Assembly (NCBI GenBank): GCA_963808235.1 | Contig: CAWEEQ010000004.1 | Span: 2,304,001 to 2,368,000, forward strand | Length of the DNA stretch: 64,000 nt | Direction of reading: 5' to 3' | Origin: an uncultured delta proteobacterium | GTDB lineage: Bacteria; Desulfobacterota; Binatia; Binatales; Binataceae | Part shown: positions 9,997 through 18,402 of the stretch, piece by piece | Layout of the letters: each line of letters opens with the position of its first letter | How positions within the stretch are numbered: position 1 is the first letter of the stretch | Made by a program: the position numbers and the translations under genes | Notes under the pieces: model-generated | Seen by the model: only the letters and a program-made list of their open reading frames with translations | Database searches by the model: none | Told to the model about the DNA's origin: nothing

Positions 9997-10785
9997 TCAC
10001 GCGCCTCTGAATAGTGGTTTGCGCTTTTCCAGGAAAGCGCGCACGCCTTCGGCGCGGTCGGAAGTCGTTTGTAGCAGGGCGTATAGATCCTCCTCAAGTC
10101 TGATGCCCTGCTCCAACGTCATGTCGAAACCCTTCAGCACCGCGTCCTTGACCAGGCGGGTGGCAATTGGCGCGCGGCTCAAGATCGCCTCGGCGACGCG
10201 TCCACCCACTTGAGCCAGCTCGCCTCGACCTTTCGCGAGGTAGGTAACTAGACCGATGCGCATGGCCTCGTCGGCTCCCAGAGCCACTCCCGTGAGCATC
10301 ATTCGCAGCGCATTGCCGGCGCCGGCAAGCCGCGGCAAGCGCTGAGTAGCGCCGAAATGCGGCATCGCGCCGCGCTTCAAATGAGTGATCGCGAATCGGG
10401 CGCTTGAGATTGCGACGCGAATATCGGCCGCCAGGGCGAGTTCCAGGCCTTCGTCGAACGCGTCGCCGTTGATGATTGCGACGGTGGGCTTGGAAAGCAC
10501 GGCGAGCGACTCGACCAAGCGCGCATCCACGCCCGCGTCGAAGCCGACGCAAAAGGCGGCGCCGGCGCCGGTGATCGCGAGCACTCGCGCTTCGGGGTCG
10601 TCTTCGACTTGCTCGATCAGCTCGAGCATCCGCACTGCCATCGCGGGCGTCAGCTGCGCGCGCGCGCCCGCATGGCGAAGCGTCGCGGTGACGCACCGGC
10701 TTGCGAAGACGACTTCAACCGCGCCGCCCGAGGCGGTGGAGCGAGTGCGGCGACCCGAATCTTTTTTCGCGCGGCGGGGCGTCAG
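9997..10785 (-). CDS. Enoyl-CoA hydratase/isomerase family protein, degenerate (start uncertain)
   Basis: ITGAGAAFCVG, GLELALAADIR, GATQRLPRL, EGVRAFLEKR.P.F. The frame is open upstream of ATG 10641 to a CTG at 10785. Confidence 0.8.
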   Translation of the reverse strand: MTPRRAKKDSGRRTRSTASGGAVEVVFASRCVTATLRHAGARAQLTPAMAVRMLELIEQVEDDPEARVLAITGAGAAFCVGFDAGVDARLVESLAVLSKPTVAIINGDAFDEGLELALAADIRVAISSARFAITHLKRGAMPHFGATQRLPRLAGAGNALRMMLTGVALGADEAMRIGLVTYLAKGRGELAQVGGRVAEAILSRAPIATRLVKDAVLKGFDMTLEQGIRLEEDLYALLQTTSDRAEGVRAFLEKRKPLFRGA

Positions 10786-12329
10786 ATGCCTCCGGCCGGT
10801 GCGCGCAGATCCTTGCGCAGGATCTTGCCGAGCGGATTTTTAGGCAGCGCGTCGATGAATTCGATGCTCTCGGGGCGCTTGAAGCTGGCAAGGCGAGATC
10901 GACAGAATTCCGCGAGCTCGGGCTGGCTTAGCTTCTGCCCCTTGCGCGCGACGACGAACGCCTTAACGGTCTGCCCCCACTCGATCGAAGGCACGCCGAT
11001 AACGGCGCATTCGTCGACCGCTGGATGACTCATCAGGACGGTCTCGATTTCCGCGGGCGCGATATTCTCACCGCCGCGGATGATCATGTCGTCCTTGCGT
11101 CCGGCGAAAAACACGTAGCCGTCGTCGTCAAGCCATCCGAGGTCGCCGGTCGCGCGCCATCCGTCGGGCAATCGCGCGTCGTCCTCGCGGCCTGCGTATC
11201 CCTTCATGATGCGCGGGGTGCGGATTATTATTTCGCCGACCTGCCCGTGGGGGAGAAACTTTCCATCTTCGTCCCGCACCTGGATCTCGACGTCGGGCAG
11301 GGGCTTGCCGATCGAATTGAGACGCTTCAGCTTGAGTTCGATTTCCTTGGCCGTGCCTTCAAGGCGATGGTCATCGGGGCCGAGCACGGTCAGCGAGGAC
11401 GTGGTTTCGGTCTGCCCGTACGCGTTCACGAAGCCGACCTTTTTCGGGAAGACTTCGATCGCGCGGCGAATCACCTGCACCGGCATCGCGGCGCCGCCGT
11501 AGGCAAGATTCGTAAGACTCGCGAAGTCGGTCTTCGCAAACGATGGCTCGTCGATAATCTGCTTCATCATGGTGGGCACCACGAAAGCATGGGTGACGCG
11601 TTCGCGCTGGACGAGCTCGAGCCACGCCTTCGCGTCGAACTGCGGCATCACGATAACTTTGCGCCCCGTCCAGATGTTGGTCATGTACGCGGTGGTGCCG
11701 GCGATGTGGTAAAAAGGCACGCACACCAGCGCAACGCCGCGATCGGTGCCGTCGGCCATCTCGACGTTGGCGGTCACGTAGGCCGCGAAATCGCGAAAGC
11801 GCAGCATCACGCCCTTGGGCAGCGAGGTGGTGCCGCTGGTGTACATCAGGATCGAAATATCTTCGTCTTCGACTTCGGCCTCGGAATCGTCGGGCTCGGC
11901 CTTCGCGACGAGATCCGCGAGCCGCACCATCCCTTTCGCGCCGTTGCCCAGCGCGACGATCTTGTCGAGCTTGAGCCGCGGCTGAATCCTGGCGATCAGA
12001 TCGAGATAGCGATCGCCGACAATCAGAACCTTCGCGTCGGCGGTGTTGATCATGTACTCGAGCTCGTTATCTTTCGCGCGATAGTTGAGCGGCAGGAAAG
12101 TCAGGCCAGCCTTGGCGGCGCCGTAGTAGCACTCGATGTAAAGATCGGAATTGGTGTCGAGCACCGCGATGACATCGCGCGGCTTGAGACCGAACTGTTT
12201 GAAGACGGTGCTCAGGCGCGCGACTCGATCGTTCAGCTCAGCATAAGTGAGCCGCGCCGCGCCGAAGACCAGGATCTCCTGCTCGGGCACGATCGACGCA
12301 GGGATCGTTACGAAGTTAACCGTGTTCAC
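10782..12329 (-). CDS. Acyl-CoA synthetase (AMP-forming, long-chain-fatty-acid-CoA ligase type)
   Basis: YTSGTTSLPKG, YGQTE, TGDLG, GRKDDMIIRGGENI, LPKNPLGK. Confidence 0.93.
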   Translation of the reverse strand: MNTVNFVTIPASIVPEQEILVFGAARLTYAELNDRVARLSTVFKQFGLKPRDVIAVLDTNSDLYIECYYGAAKAGLTFLPLNYRAKDNELEYMINTADAKVLIVGDRYLDLIARIQPRLKLDKIVALGNGAKGMVRLADLVAKAEPDDSEAEVEDEDISILMYTSGTTSLPKGVMLRFRDFAAYVTANVEMADGTDRGVALVCVPFYHIAGTTAYMTNIWTGRKVIVMPQFDAKAWLELVQRERVTHAFVVPTMMKQIIDEPSFAKTDFASLTNLAYGGAAMPVQVIRRAIEVFPKKVGFVNAYGQTETTSSLTVLGPDDHRLEGTAKEIELKLKRLNSIGKPLPDVEIQVRDEDGKFLPHGQVGEIIIRTPRIMKGYAGREDDARLPDGWRATGDLGWLDDDGYVFFAGRKDDMIIRGGENIAPAEIETVLMSHPAVDECAVIGVPSIEWGQTVKAFVVARKGQKLSQPELAEFCRSRLASFKRPESIEFIDALPKNPLGKILRKDLRAPAGGI

Positions 12330-13121
12330 TTAGGCGAGATTCCTCCCGGACGCCGGCATTTTCCGAGGCCTGGCCCGGCGGCGATTGTCGCGCGAATTTA
12401 TGTTCTCAAATCGTTTCGCGAGGCGCTGTTCGAGTTCGAGTCCCTCCCGCAGAGGCAGATCGAGCCCTTCCCACACCGCCAGCTTGAGCATCGCGGCCTG
12501 CTCACGGGCGACTCCGCCAAGCTCGCGTGCAATGGTGAGAGCGCGTGCATCCAACTCTGCCAAGGGAACCACTTCGGCGACCAAACCTACAAGTAACGCG
12601 TCTTGGGCGTCAATCCAACGGCCGGTGAGACAGAGATCTAGCGCGCGCCCGAGGCCGAGACGACGCGCGGCGGTCTGAGTGCCGGCGACTCCGGGAATCA
12701 TCCCGGCGCCGGTTTCGGGCAAGGAAATTCGAGTGTCGTCAGCGGCTATCGCAACGTCGCACAGCAGCGCCATCTCGAGTCCTCCGCCGACTGTGTAGCC
12801 GTGGATTGCGGCGACGGTCGGTATCGGCAGCGCTCGCATCATGCCCCAAACGTCGCGGCGAAAGCGCACCCATCGCGCAACGATCGGCGACGGCGCCATC
12901 CCGAATTCCGCGAGATCGCCGCCGGTCGAGAACGCTTTGCCGGCGCCGCGCAGTACCATCGCGCGGACCGTGGAGTCCTCGTGAACCGCGGCGAGGATTT
13001 GAAACAGCTCGTCGCGCATCGCCATGTTGTAGGCGTTGAACTGATCGGGGCGATTGAGCGTGACCCACGCTACCGCGCCGCGCTTGGCGTACAGCACCGC
13101 ACTGGAACCGTTTGAAGACAT
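12330..13121 (-). CDS. Enoyl-CoA hydratase/isomerase family protein
   Basis: VTLNRP, AFSTGGDL, GGGLE, PE. Both catalytic Glu positions are present. Confidence 0.9.
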   Translation of the reverse strand: MSSNGSSAVLYAKRGAVAWVTLNRPDQFNAYNMAMRDELFQILAAVHEDSTVRAMVLRGAGKAFSTGGDLAEFGMAPSPIVARWVRFRRDVWGMMRALPIPTVAAIHGYTVGGGLEMALLCDVAIAADDTRISLPETGAGMIPGVAGTQTAARRLGLGRALDLCLTGRWIDAQDALLVGLVAEVVPLAELDARALTIARELGGVAREQAAMLKLAVWEGLDLPLREGLELEQRLAKRFENINSRDNRRRARPRKMPASGRNLA

Positions 13122-14680
13122 CAGCCCGAATGCAAGTCTGCGCTGTCGCTGCTCGCGATAGCGGGACGGCCGCGCTCATAAACAACGCGCCCGCCGACGA
13201 TAGTTATATCGACCGCGAGGTTCATCAGGTCGGCGGGCGGGAGCGAAAACGGGTCGCGCGGGAGAACGATCAGGTCGGCGACGCGGCCGGGTTCGATCGA
13301 GCCGGCGGCGACTTGCCCGAGATGCGCGGCGTCAGTCGTGAAGAGCGCGAACGCATCGGTGATCGAAAGCGCCTCGGCGGGCGCAAGCTCGAGGCCCTCG
13401 AGCGTGGTGCGTGATACCGCGGACGCAATCGCGGCAAGCGGCCTGGCAGGCGTAACCGGCGCGTCGGTAGCCCCCGCAAGATGCACTCCCGCGGCTTTGA
13501 GGCTTCGCGCGCGGTAGAGATGTGCGATCAGGCCGCCCTCTTCGGCGTACTTCGCGCCGCGAAAATGAATGAAGCCGGGATTGGTGACGACCCAGGAATT
13601 CATCGCGGCGAGCCGGTCGATATAGTTGGGCGGGATCAGTCCGCCATGCTCGATGCGAAACCGCGGAATCTCGTTTCGGCCGGCGTATCCTGCCTTTGCG
13701 GTTTCAATAGCGGCCAGCGCTTCTTCCAGTTCCTCGACCTCGGTCACATGAAATGCGCAATCGAGTCCGCGCGCCAGCGCGATTCCAACAGGACGCGAAA
13801 GGCCGGCGCGATCGTACTGATAGCCGGGCATGAACTTGACTCCGGCGAGCCTGATTCCCGCGGCGCCCGCGATCTGTTCGCATCGCTCGGCGGTTTCGAG
13901 ATGCTGCCCGCCGATCATCACGCCAACGTGCTGGCAAATTGCGCCCGACTGCGAAAGCTTCGCGAACAGTTCGACCTCGAAGAGACCGTTGCGAGTGGTC
14001 GCGTCGGTGAAGTTCGTCACGCCGGCCGCGGCCAATTCCCGGCTCATGATTCGCGCGCGCGATTCGGACTCCGCCGCGGTCACGGGCGGAAGATGCTGCG
14101 AGAGCCAGGTTTCCATGCCGACAACCAGGCCGGTCAACTTTCCGGCCGCGTCGCGAACCATGTTGGCACCGACGGGCTGCATGAAATCAGGAGCCTCGAG
14201 ACCGAGCAGCGCGATCGCGCGCGAGTTGAGCCACGTCGCGTGTAGCGTCTGATGTTTGAGTCGCAGCGGATTCTTCGGCACCGAATGATCGAGCTCGGCG
14301 CGCGTCAGCCCGCGCTTGTCGAGCATCAGCGCCTCATCGCATCCGAACGCGCGCAGCCAGTTTCCCGGCGGAGTCTTGCCGGCGGCGATTCGCAAATCGG
14401 CAAGCACGTCGCCAACCGCGCGGCATCGCTGCACAGAAATTCCCGTCGCGGCCGCAGCCGCTTCCAGAAAATGCAGATGCGAATCGATGAAGCCCGGCGC
14501 AACGGCGCGGCCCCCGAGTTTCAGCAGATGAGTTTGCGGTCCGACCAGCGGTTTTATTTCCGCGAATCTGCCCTGCGCGATGATTTGTCCGGCCGCGATT
14601 GCAATCGAGTCGACCCCCGGATGCCCGAGGACAAGACCTTCGTGCACAACCAGGTCGGCTTTCCCGGGGGCGGCGTCCAC
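13121..14680 (-). CDS. Amidohydrolase family 3 (YtcJ-like)
   Basis: PGFIDSHLH, RIEHG, ATDAPV, GSIEPGRVADL, GGRVVY. Confidence 0.88.
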   Translation of the reverse strand: MDAAPGKADLVVHEGLVLGHPGVDSIAIAAGQIIAQGRFAEIKPLVGPQTHLLKLGGRAVAPGFIDSHLHFLEAAAAATGISVQRCRAVGDVLADLRIAAGKTPPGNWLRAFGCDEALMLDKRGLTRAELDHSVPKNPLRLKHQTLHATWLNSRAIALLGLEAPDFMQPVGANMVRDAAGKLTGLVVGMETWLSQHLPPVTAAESESRARIMSRELAAAGVTNFTDATTRNGLFEVELFAKLSQSGAICQHVGVMIGGQHLETAERCEQIAGAAGIRLAGVKFMPGYQYDRAGLSRPVGIALARGLDCAFHVTEVEELEEALAAIETAKAGYAGRNEIPRFRIEHGGLIPPNYIDRLAAMNSWVVTNPGFIHFRGAKYAEEGGLIAHLYRARSLKAAGVHLAGATDAPVTPARPLAAIASAVSRTTLEGLELAPAEALSITDAFALFTTDAAHLGQVAAGSIEPGRVADLIVLPRDPFSLPPADLMNLAVDITIVGGRVVYERGRPAIASSDSADLHSG

Positions 14681-14734
14681 GTCGAATCGTTCACCTTCAC
14701 CGCCTGCGCCGATGCGCGGCAGCGTTTCGATTTC

Positions 14735-14878
14735 CTAGTCGGAAGACGGAAGCGGCTTCGCTTCCTTGATTTTCATTTCGTTATCGCAACACTGCAGACC
14801 GCCGGGGCCGGCCTTGTTGCAGAGCACTTCGGTGCCGCATTTTTCGCACATGTAACGCTTGCCGAGTACGTTTGCCAT
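14735..14878 (-). CDS. Desulforedoxin-like mini-protein B (47 aa; absent from ORF track)
   Basis: Manually translated: MANVLGKRYMCEKCGTEVLCNKAGPGGLQCCDNEMKIKEAKPLPSSD*. CxxC-x15-CC, AGGAG RBS upstream. Confidence 0.85.
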   Translation of the reverse strand: MANVLGKRYMCEKCGTEVLCNKAGPGGLQCCDNEMKIKEAKPLPSSD

Positions 14879-14935
14879 CTGGTCCGCTCCTGAAATCAGG
14901 CGATAAGCGCCTTTTGAGTAACTTAAAGTATCACT

Positions 14936-15934
14936 TCAATCTTGGCTGAACGGCAAATCGGTCACGATCGCGCTGCCGTCCGCATCGACTTTCAATTCGG
15001 TTCCCGGCCGCCAGGCGCTGTGATGCAAAATTGCGAGTCCGATCGCACCCAATCGCGGCGAGCGAGTCGCGCTGCTCACCCGCCCGACTTCCTTGCCTTC
15101 GAGACTCAAGCCCGCGCCAAGCCTCCGCGATTCTTTAAACTTGAGTCCGAACATCCGTTTTTTCAAGCCGCCGCGCGCAGTCGCCCGCTCGATAGTTTCC
15201 TGCCCGAGGTAGCATCCCTTGTTCAGCGAGATCGCGCGATCGAGCCGCGCCTCGAGCGCGATCGTTTTGTCGAAGGTGTCGACGCCGACGCGCGCGACTC
15301 CATTCTCGATTCGTATCGCTTCGAGCACTGCGGAATCGATTCTGCGCGAATTCGGTATCGAGGTCAGAAGTTTGCCGACAATCGTGTCTACCTGCGCGCG
15401 CGGGGCAATAATCGATGCTGCAGGCGCGCCGAAGCGCGGCAGGTTCGCGACTCGAAGATCGCCGGTGAGCACCGCGCGCCACGCGGCAAGCGAACCCGCA
15501 TCGTCGCCACCCACGATGCGCGCCGCGTCATGCGCCTTTGGACCTTCGACATCGATAACCGACAAGTCCGGGCCGTCTTCGAATTCGACATCATCGGCAA
15601 CCAGCAGGCGCTCGAGATGCGCCCGCGCGCGCGCCCACGCGTCGGCGTCGATATCCAGAATGAGCGCGTCGTCGGTTACCCAGACGAACAAGTCGGCGAT
15701 CACGTGCGCGTGCTCGGTCAGAAACAGCGCCGGCAGGACCGAACCGGGCTTGGCGCCCTTGATATCCGCACTGGACGTGCCGTGAAAGAACGACACGCGA
15801 TCGTCGCCGACCACGCGCACCACCGTTCGGCCGTCGAGTATGCGAACGCCCACCGCCTTGATGACCGCATCGTAATCAGCGTCGAAGGCGGCCGCAGCGG
15901 AGCCGCGCTCGGGTGTCATTTCAAGATGGCCCAT
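14936..15934 (-). CDS. ygfZ: YgfZ/GcvT-family folate-binding protein
   Basis: Signature KGCYLGQE. Confidence 0.88.
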   Translation of the reverse strand: MGHLEMTPERGSAAAAFDADYDAVIKAVGVRILDGRTVVRVVGDDRVSFFHGTSSADIKGAKPGSVLPALFLTEHAHVIADLFVWVTDDALILDIDADAWARARAHLERLLVADDVEFEDGPDLSVIDVEGPKAHDAARIVGGDDAGSLAAWRAVLTGDLRVANLPRFGAPAASIIAPRAQVDTIVGKLLTSIPNSRRIDSAVLEAIRIENGVARVGVDTFDKTIALEARLDRAISLNKGCYLGQETIERATARGGLKKRMFGLKFKESRRLGAGLSLEGKEVGRVSSATRSPRLGAIGLAILHHSAWRPGTELKVDADGSAIVTDLPFSQD

Positions 15935-16052
15935 ATCAGGATCACGATACTAGAAAGTGGCTGTCTTGCGTACCGCAATGCGCTCATATTCTCGGTTTCA
16001 TTTACGTCGTACAATTTGAATATAATCATGCGTTCCCGAAGGAGCCAAAAAT

Positions 16053-16190
16053 ATGGGCGCATTCATCCTCGGTCTGATTGTCGGCGTCGGCGGCGCGCTG
16101 GCGCTCTTCATCTACGATGAGGGTGATTTGTTTTTGAAGCTCTCCCGTCAAATTAAGCAAACGGCGGAACGCTACAAGCAAACGCCGTAG
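16053..16190 (+). CDS. Small single-TM membrane protein (45 aa; absent from ORF track)
   Basis: MGAFILGLIVGVGGALALFIYDEGDLFLKLSRQIKQTAERYKQTP*. AAGGAG RBS, TATAAT at 16021. Confidence 0.7.
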   Translation: MGAFILGLIVGVGGALALFIYDEGDLFLKLSRQIKQTAERYKQTP

Positions 16191-16210
16191 GAGGGGCAGA
16201 CTTAAGCCGC

Positions 16211-17701
16211 GTGATCAGAGGGATCGCGCATCCAGGGCGCGGTAGTACGCACCGCCGCCGCTTCTTTGCTTCCGCAGCCGGGGCGCTGTTGGCATTTGTG
16301 CTCACCCTGGGAGCTGCGCCGCGTTGTTACGCAGACGATGCGAGCACGCAGGCCCTGCAGTTGAGCGATCACGCATTCGCGATGCTCAACGCGATAAACG
16401 CTTCCGCCGCCGCCGGCAAGCCTGGACCGATACTCGAACCCGCGGCAAGCCTGGCCGGCGACGCGCAGACGCTTTCGACCGCGCTCGGCGCGCACGACAA
16501 CGCGGCGGCGAGCAGCGCGATGGCCGCGGTGCTTGGCGACCGCGACCGAATCGAAGCGGCTGCGAAGGTTGCGGGCGGAGGCTATCCGGAAGAGTGGACC
16601 AGCATAAGAGAAAAAATCGCGGCGCTCGAAAAGGCGGTGCCCGCTGCCAAAGGCTCGACTGCATCCGCGATGCACGCTCTGATACCGGCCGTCTCGGTCG
16701 CTCCGCCGGCGGGTGAGAAATTGCCTGCCGCGCCAACCGTCTCGATCGGGTCGCGGGTCTTCAAGGGCGATGCGGTTCGGGTCAGGGGATATTTGGAAGG
16801 CACCGATTTGAAGTCGGCCGGGATTTTCGATGCCGACCAGAAGAGCAAGGACATCGAGGTCGCATCGACGCCCGGCGAGCAGCGAATCAATTTCGACTTC
16901 ACGATCCAGCAGCCGTCGCAGACGCAATCGATTCGCGTCGCTGACGCGTACGGACGCGAAGCAAGCGCGATGATCGCGCCAGACCCTGCGGGCGTCGGCG
17001 CCATGAAGGGCGACGAGGAATTGATCGAGGTCGAGCCGAGTGCCGGGTCTTCATCAGGCATGGCTAGTGCCGAGCCTGACGATCGGCTCGCGTCAGCAGG
17101 TCCCGCGGGGGGCAACAATACCGCGGAGATTCCGCGCAGCACCGATGCGCTCTCGCCGTCCCGTCGTCATATTGACGAAAGCCGCAATCTCGAGCCGTTA
17201 ACGAACGTGCAGATCAACGTGCTCGACGCCGAAGAACTCATGTCGGCTCCCGGGATGGTACAGGTAGTCGGGCAAATCGCCGGACCGGGCGTGCTCCGCG
17301 CGGGCGTGTACGTCAACGGCAAGCTCGCCAAACCGATTCCTGTCAGCGCCGGCGGCTACAGCTCCTTCGACGTGACGTTTCCGATGCCGCCTGGCAGCGA
17401 CGCGCGAATTCGCGCCTACGGCAACGGCAACTCTTTCGTGGAAGCGTCGATCGATACCGTCAGCGGAGGCGCCGGGATAACGGAGTACCGCAATCCTCCG
17501 ATGTACACTTATCCGGGGTCGCCATATTACGCGCCAAATCCGTACGCCTACGCCAATCCCTATGCACCCGGCTACAATCCTTACGCGCCAAATCCTTATG
17601 GATACGCGCCCGGCTACGGACCGCCACCCTACGGCACGCCTTACTACGGCACCCCGCCACCCACCGCGAACAAGCCGTGGTACAGCAAGCTGTTCCATTG
17701 A
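16211..17701 (+). CDS. Exported hypothetical protein with two similar beta-domains and a Tyr/Pro-rich tail
   Basis: RRRFF + hydrophobic signal, long coding-like ORF, C-terminal YAPNPY-type repeats. Confidence 0.75.
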   Translation: MIRGIAHPGRGSTHRRRFFASAAGALLAFVLTLGAAPRCYADDASTQALQLSDHAFAMLNAINASAAAGKPGPILEPAASLAGDAQTLSTALGAHDNAAASSAMAAVLGDRDRIEAAAKVAGGGYPEEWTSIREKIAALEKAVPAAKGSTASAMHALIPAVSVAPPAGEKLPAAPTVSIGSRVFKGDAVRVRGYLEGTDLKSAGIFDADQKSKDIEVASTPGEQRINFDFTIQQPSQTQSIRVADAYGREASAMIAPDPAGVGAMKGDEELIEVEPSAGSSSGMASAEPDDRLASAGPAGGNNTAEIPRSTDALSPSRRHIDESRNLEPLTNVQINVLDAEELMSAPGMVQVVGQIAGPGVLRAGVYVNGKLAKPIPVSAGGYSSFDVTFPMPPGSDARIRAYGNGNSFVEASIDTVSGGAGITEYRNPPMYTYPGSPYYAPNPYAYANPYAPGYNPYAPNPYGYAPGYGPPPYGTPYYGTPPPTANKPWYSKLFH

Positions 17702-17719
17702 CGCGCATGCCACCTGAAC

Positions 17720-17748
17720 TTGCCGCGCCGGGCGGGCTTGCGTAGAAT
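17720..17748 (+). promoter_or_regulatory. Sigma70-type promoter of efp
   Basis: TTGCCG-N17-TAGAAT. Confidence 0.55.
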
Positions 17749-17795
17749 TTCCTTTCTCACTTAAACCTTCGCATCGCATCGAGAGTGTTCACCTA

Positions 17796-18359
17796 ATGCT
17801 GATTCAAGCGACGCAACTGCGCCCGGGTATGATCGTTGAATACAACAACGACCTCTACCGCATCATGACCATCACCCACATCACGCCCGGCAACTGGCGC
17901 GGGATGGTGCAGACCAAGCTGCGCAACATCAAAACCGGCTCGCAGACCGAGAACCGCTTTCGCTCGGAAGATCGAGTCGAGCGCGTGATTCTGAATCAGC
18001 ACACGATGCAGTTCCTTTACCAGGACGGCGACGATTTCCATTTCATGAACACCGAGAACTACGAGCAGATCACGATTCCGAAGGAACTGATCGAAGACGT
18101 GGTCGGATTCCTGACTCCGAACCTGGAAGTCGAAGTCGAGTTTTACGAGACCACGCCGCTCAACGTAACACTGCCCAAGACCGTCGCGCTCAAGGTGATG
18201 CAGACCGATCCGGGAATGAAAACTGCCGCGGTCAACAACACGCTCAAGCCCGCGACCCTCGAGACCGGGATGATCATCAACGTGCCGCACTTCGTAGCCG
18301 AGGGCGACACGATTACGATCAATACCGAAACGCACGAGTACCTCTCACGCTCGAAGTAA
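17796..18359 (+). CDS. efp: Translation elongation factor P
   Basis: LRPGM, QFLY.DGD..HFMN.E.YEQ, KPATLETG..I.VP.F. Confidence 0.96.
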   Translation: MLIQATQLRPGMIVEYNNDLYRIMTITHITPGNWRGMVQTKLRNIKTGSQTENRFRSEDRVERVILNQHTMQFLYQDGDDFHFMNTENYEQITIPKELIEDVVGFLTPNLEVEVEFYETTPLNVTLPKTVALKVMQTDPGMKTAAVNNTLKPATLETGMIINVPHFVAEGDTITINTETHEYLSRSK

Positions 18360-18402
18360 CTCGGGCGATTAGCCGCGCGAGATCGCGGAATGAGCAAACC
18401 GT

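Noticed and set aside
11025-12596. Long antisense ORFs (also 3182-4489, 7235-8407, 14942-16120, 20493-21569, 25480-26667)
   Set aside because: Shadow frames of well-supported genes in high-GC DNA, with no recognisable motifs.
9825-14878. Mini-proteins as RiPP precursors or a superoxide reductase system
   Set aside because: The Cys spacing matches a metal-binding fold, there is no RiPP maturase or RRE adjacent, and no SOR catalytic domain is present.
17490-17670. Repetitive DNA as a CRISPR or tandem-repeat locus
   Set aside because: Irregular coding low-complexity (Tyr/Pro) sequence with no fixed repeat-spacer structure.
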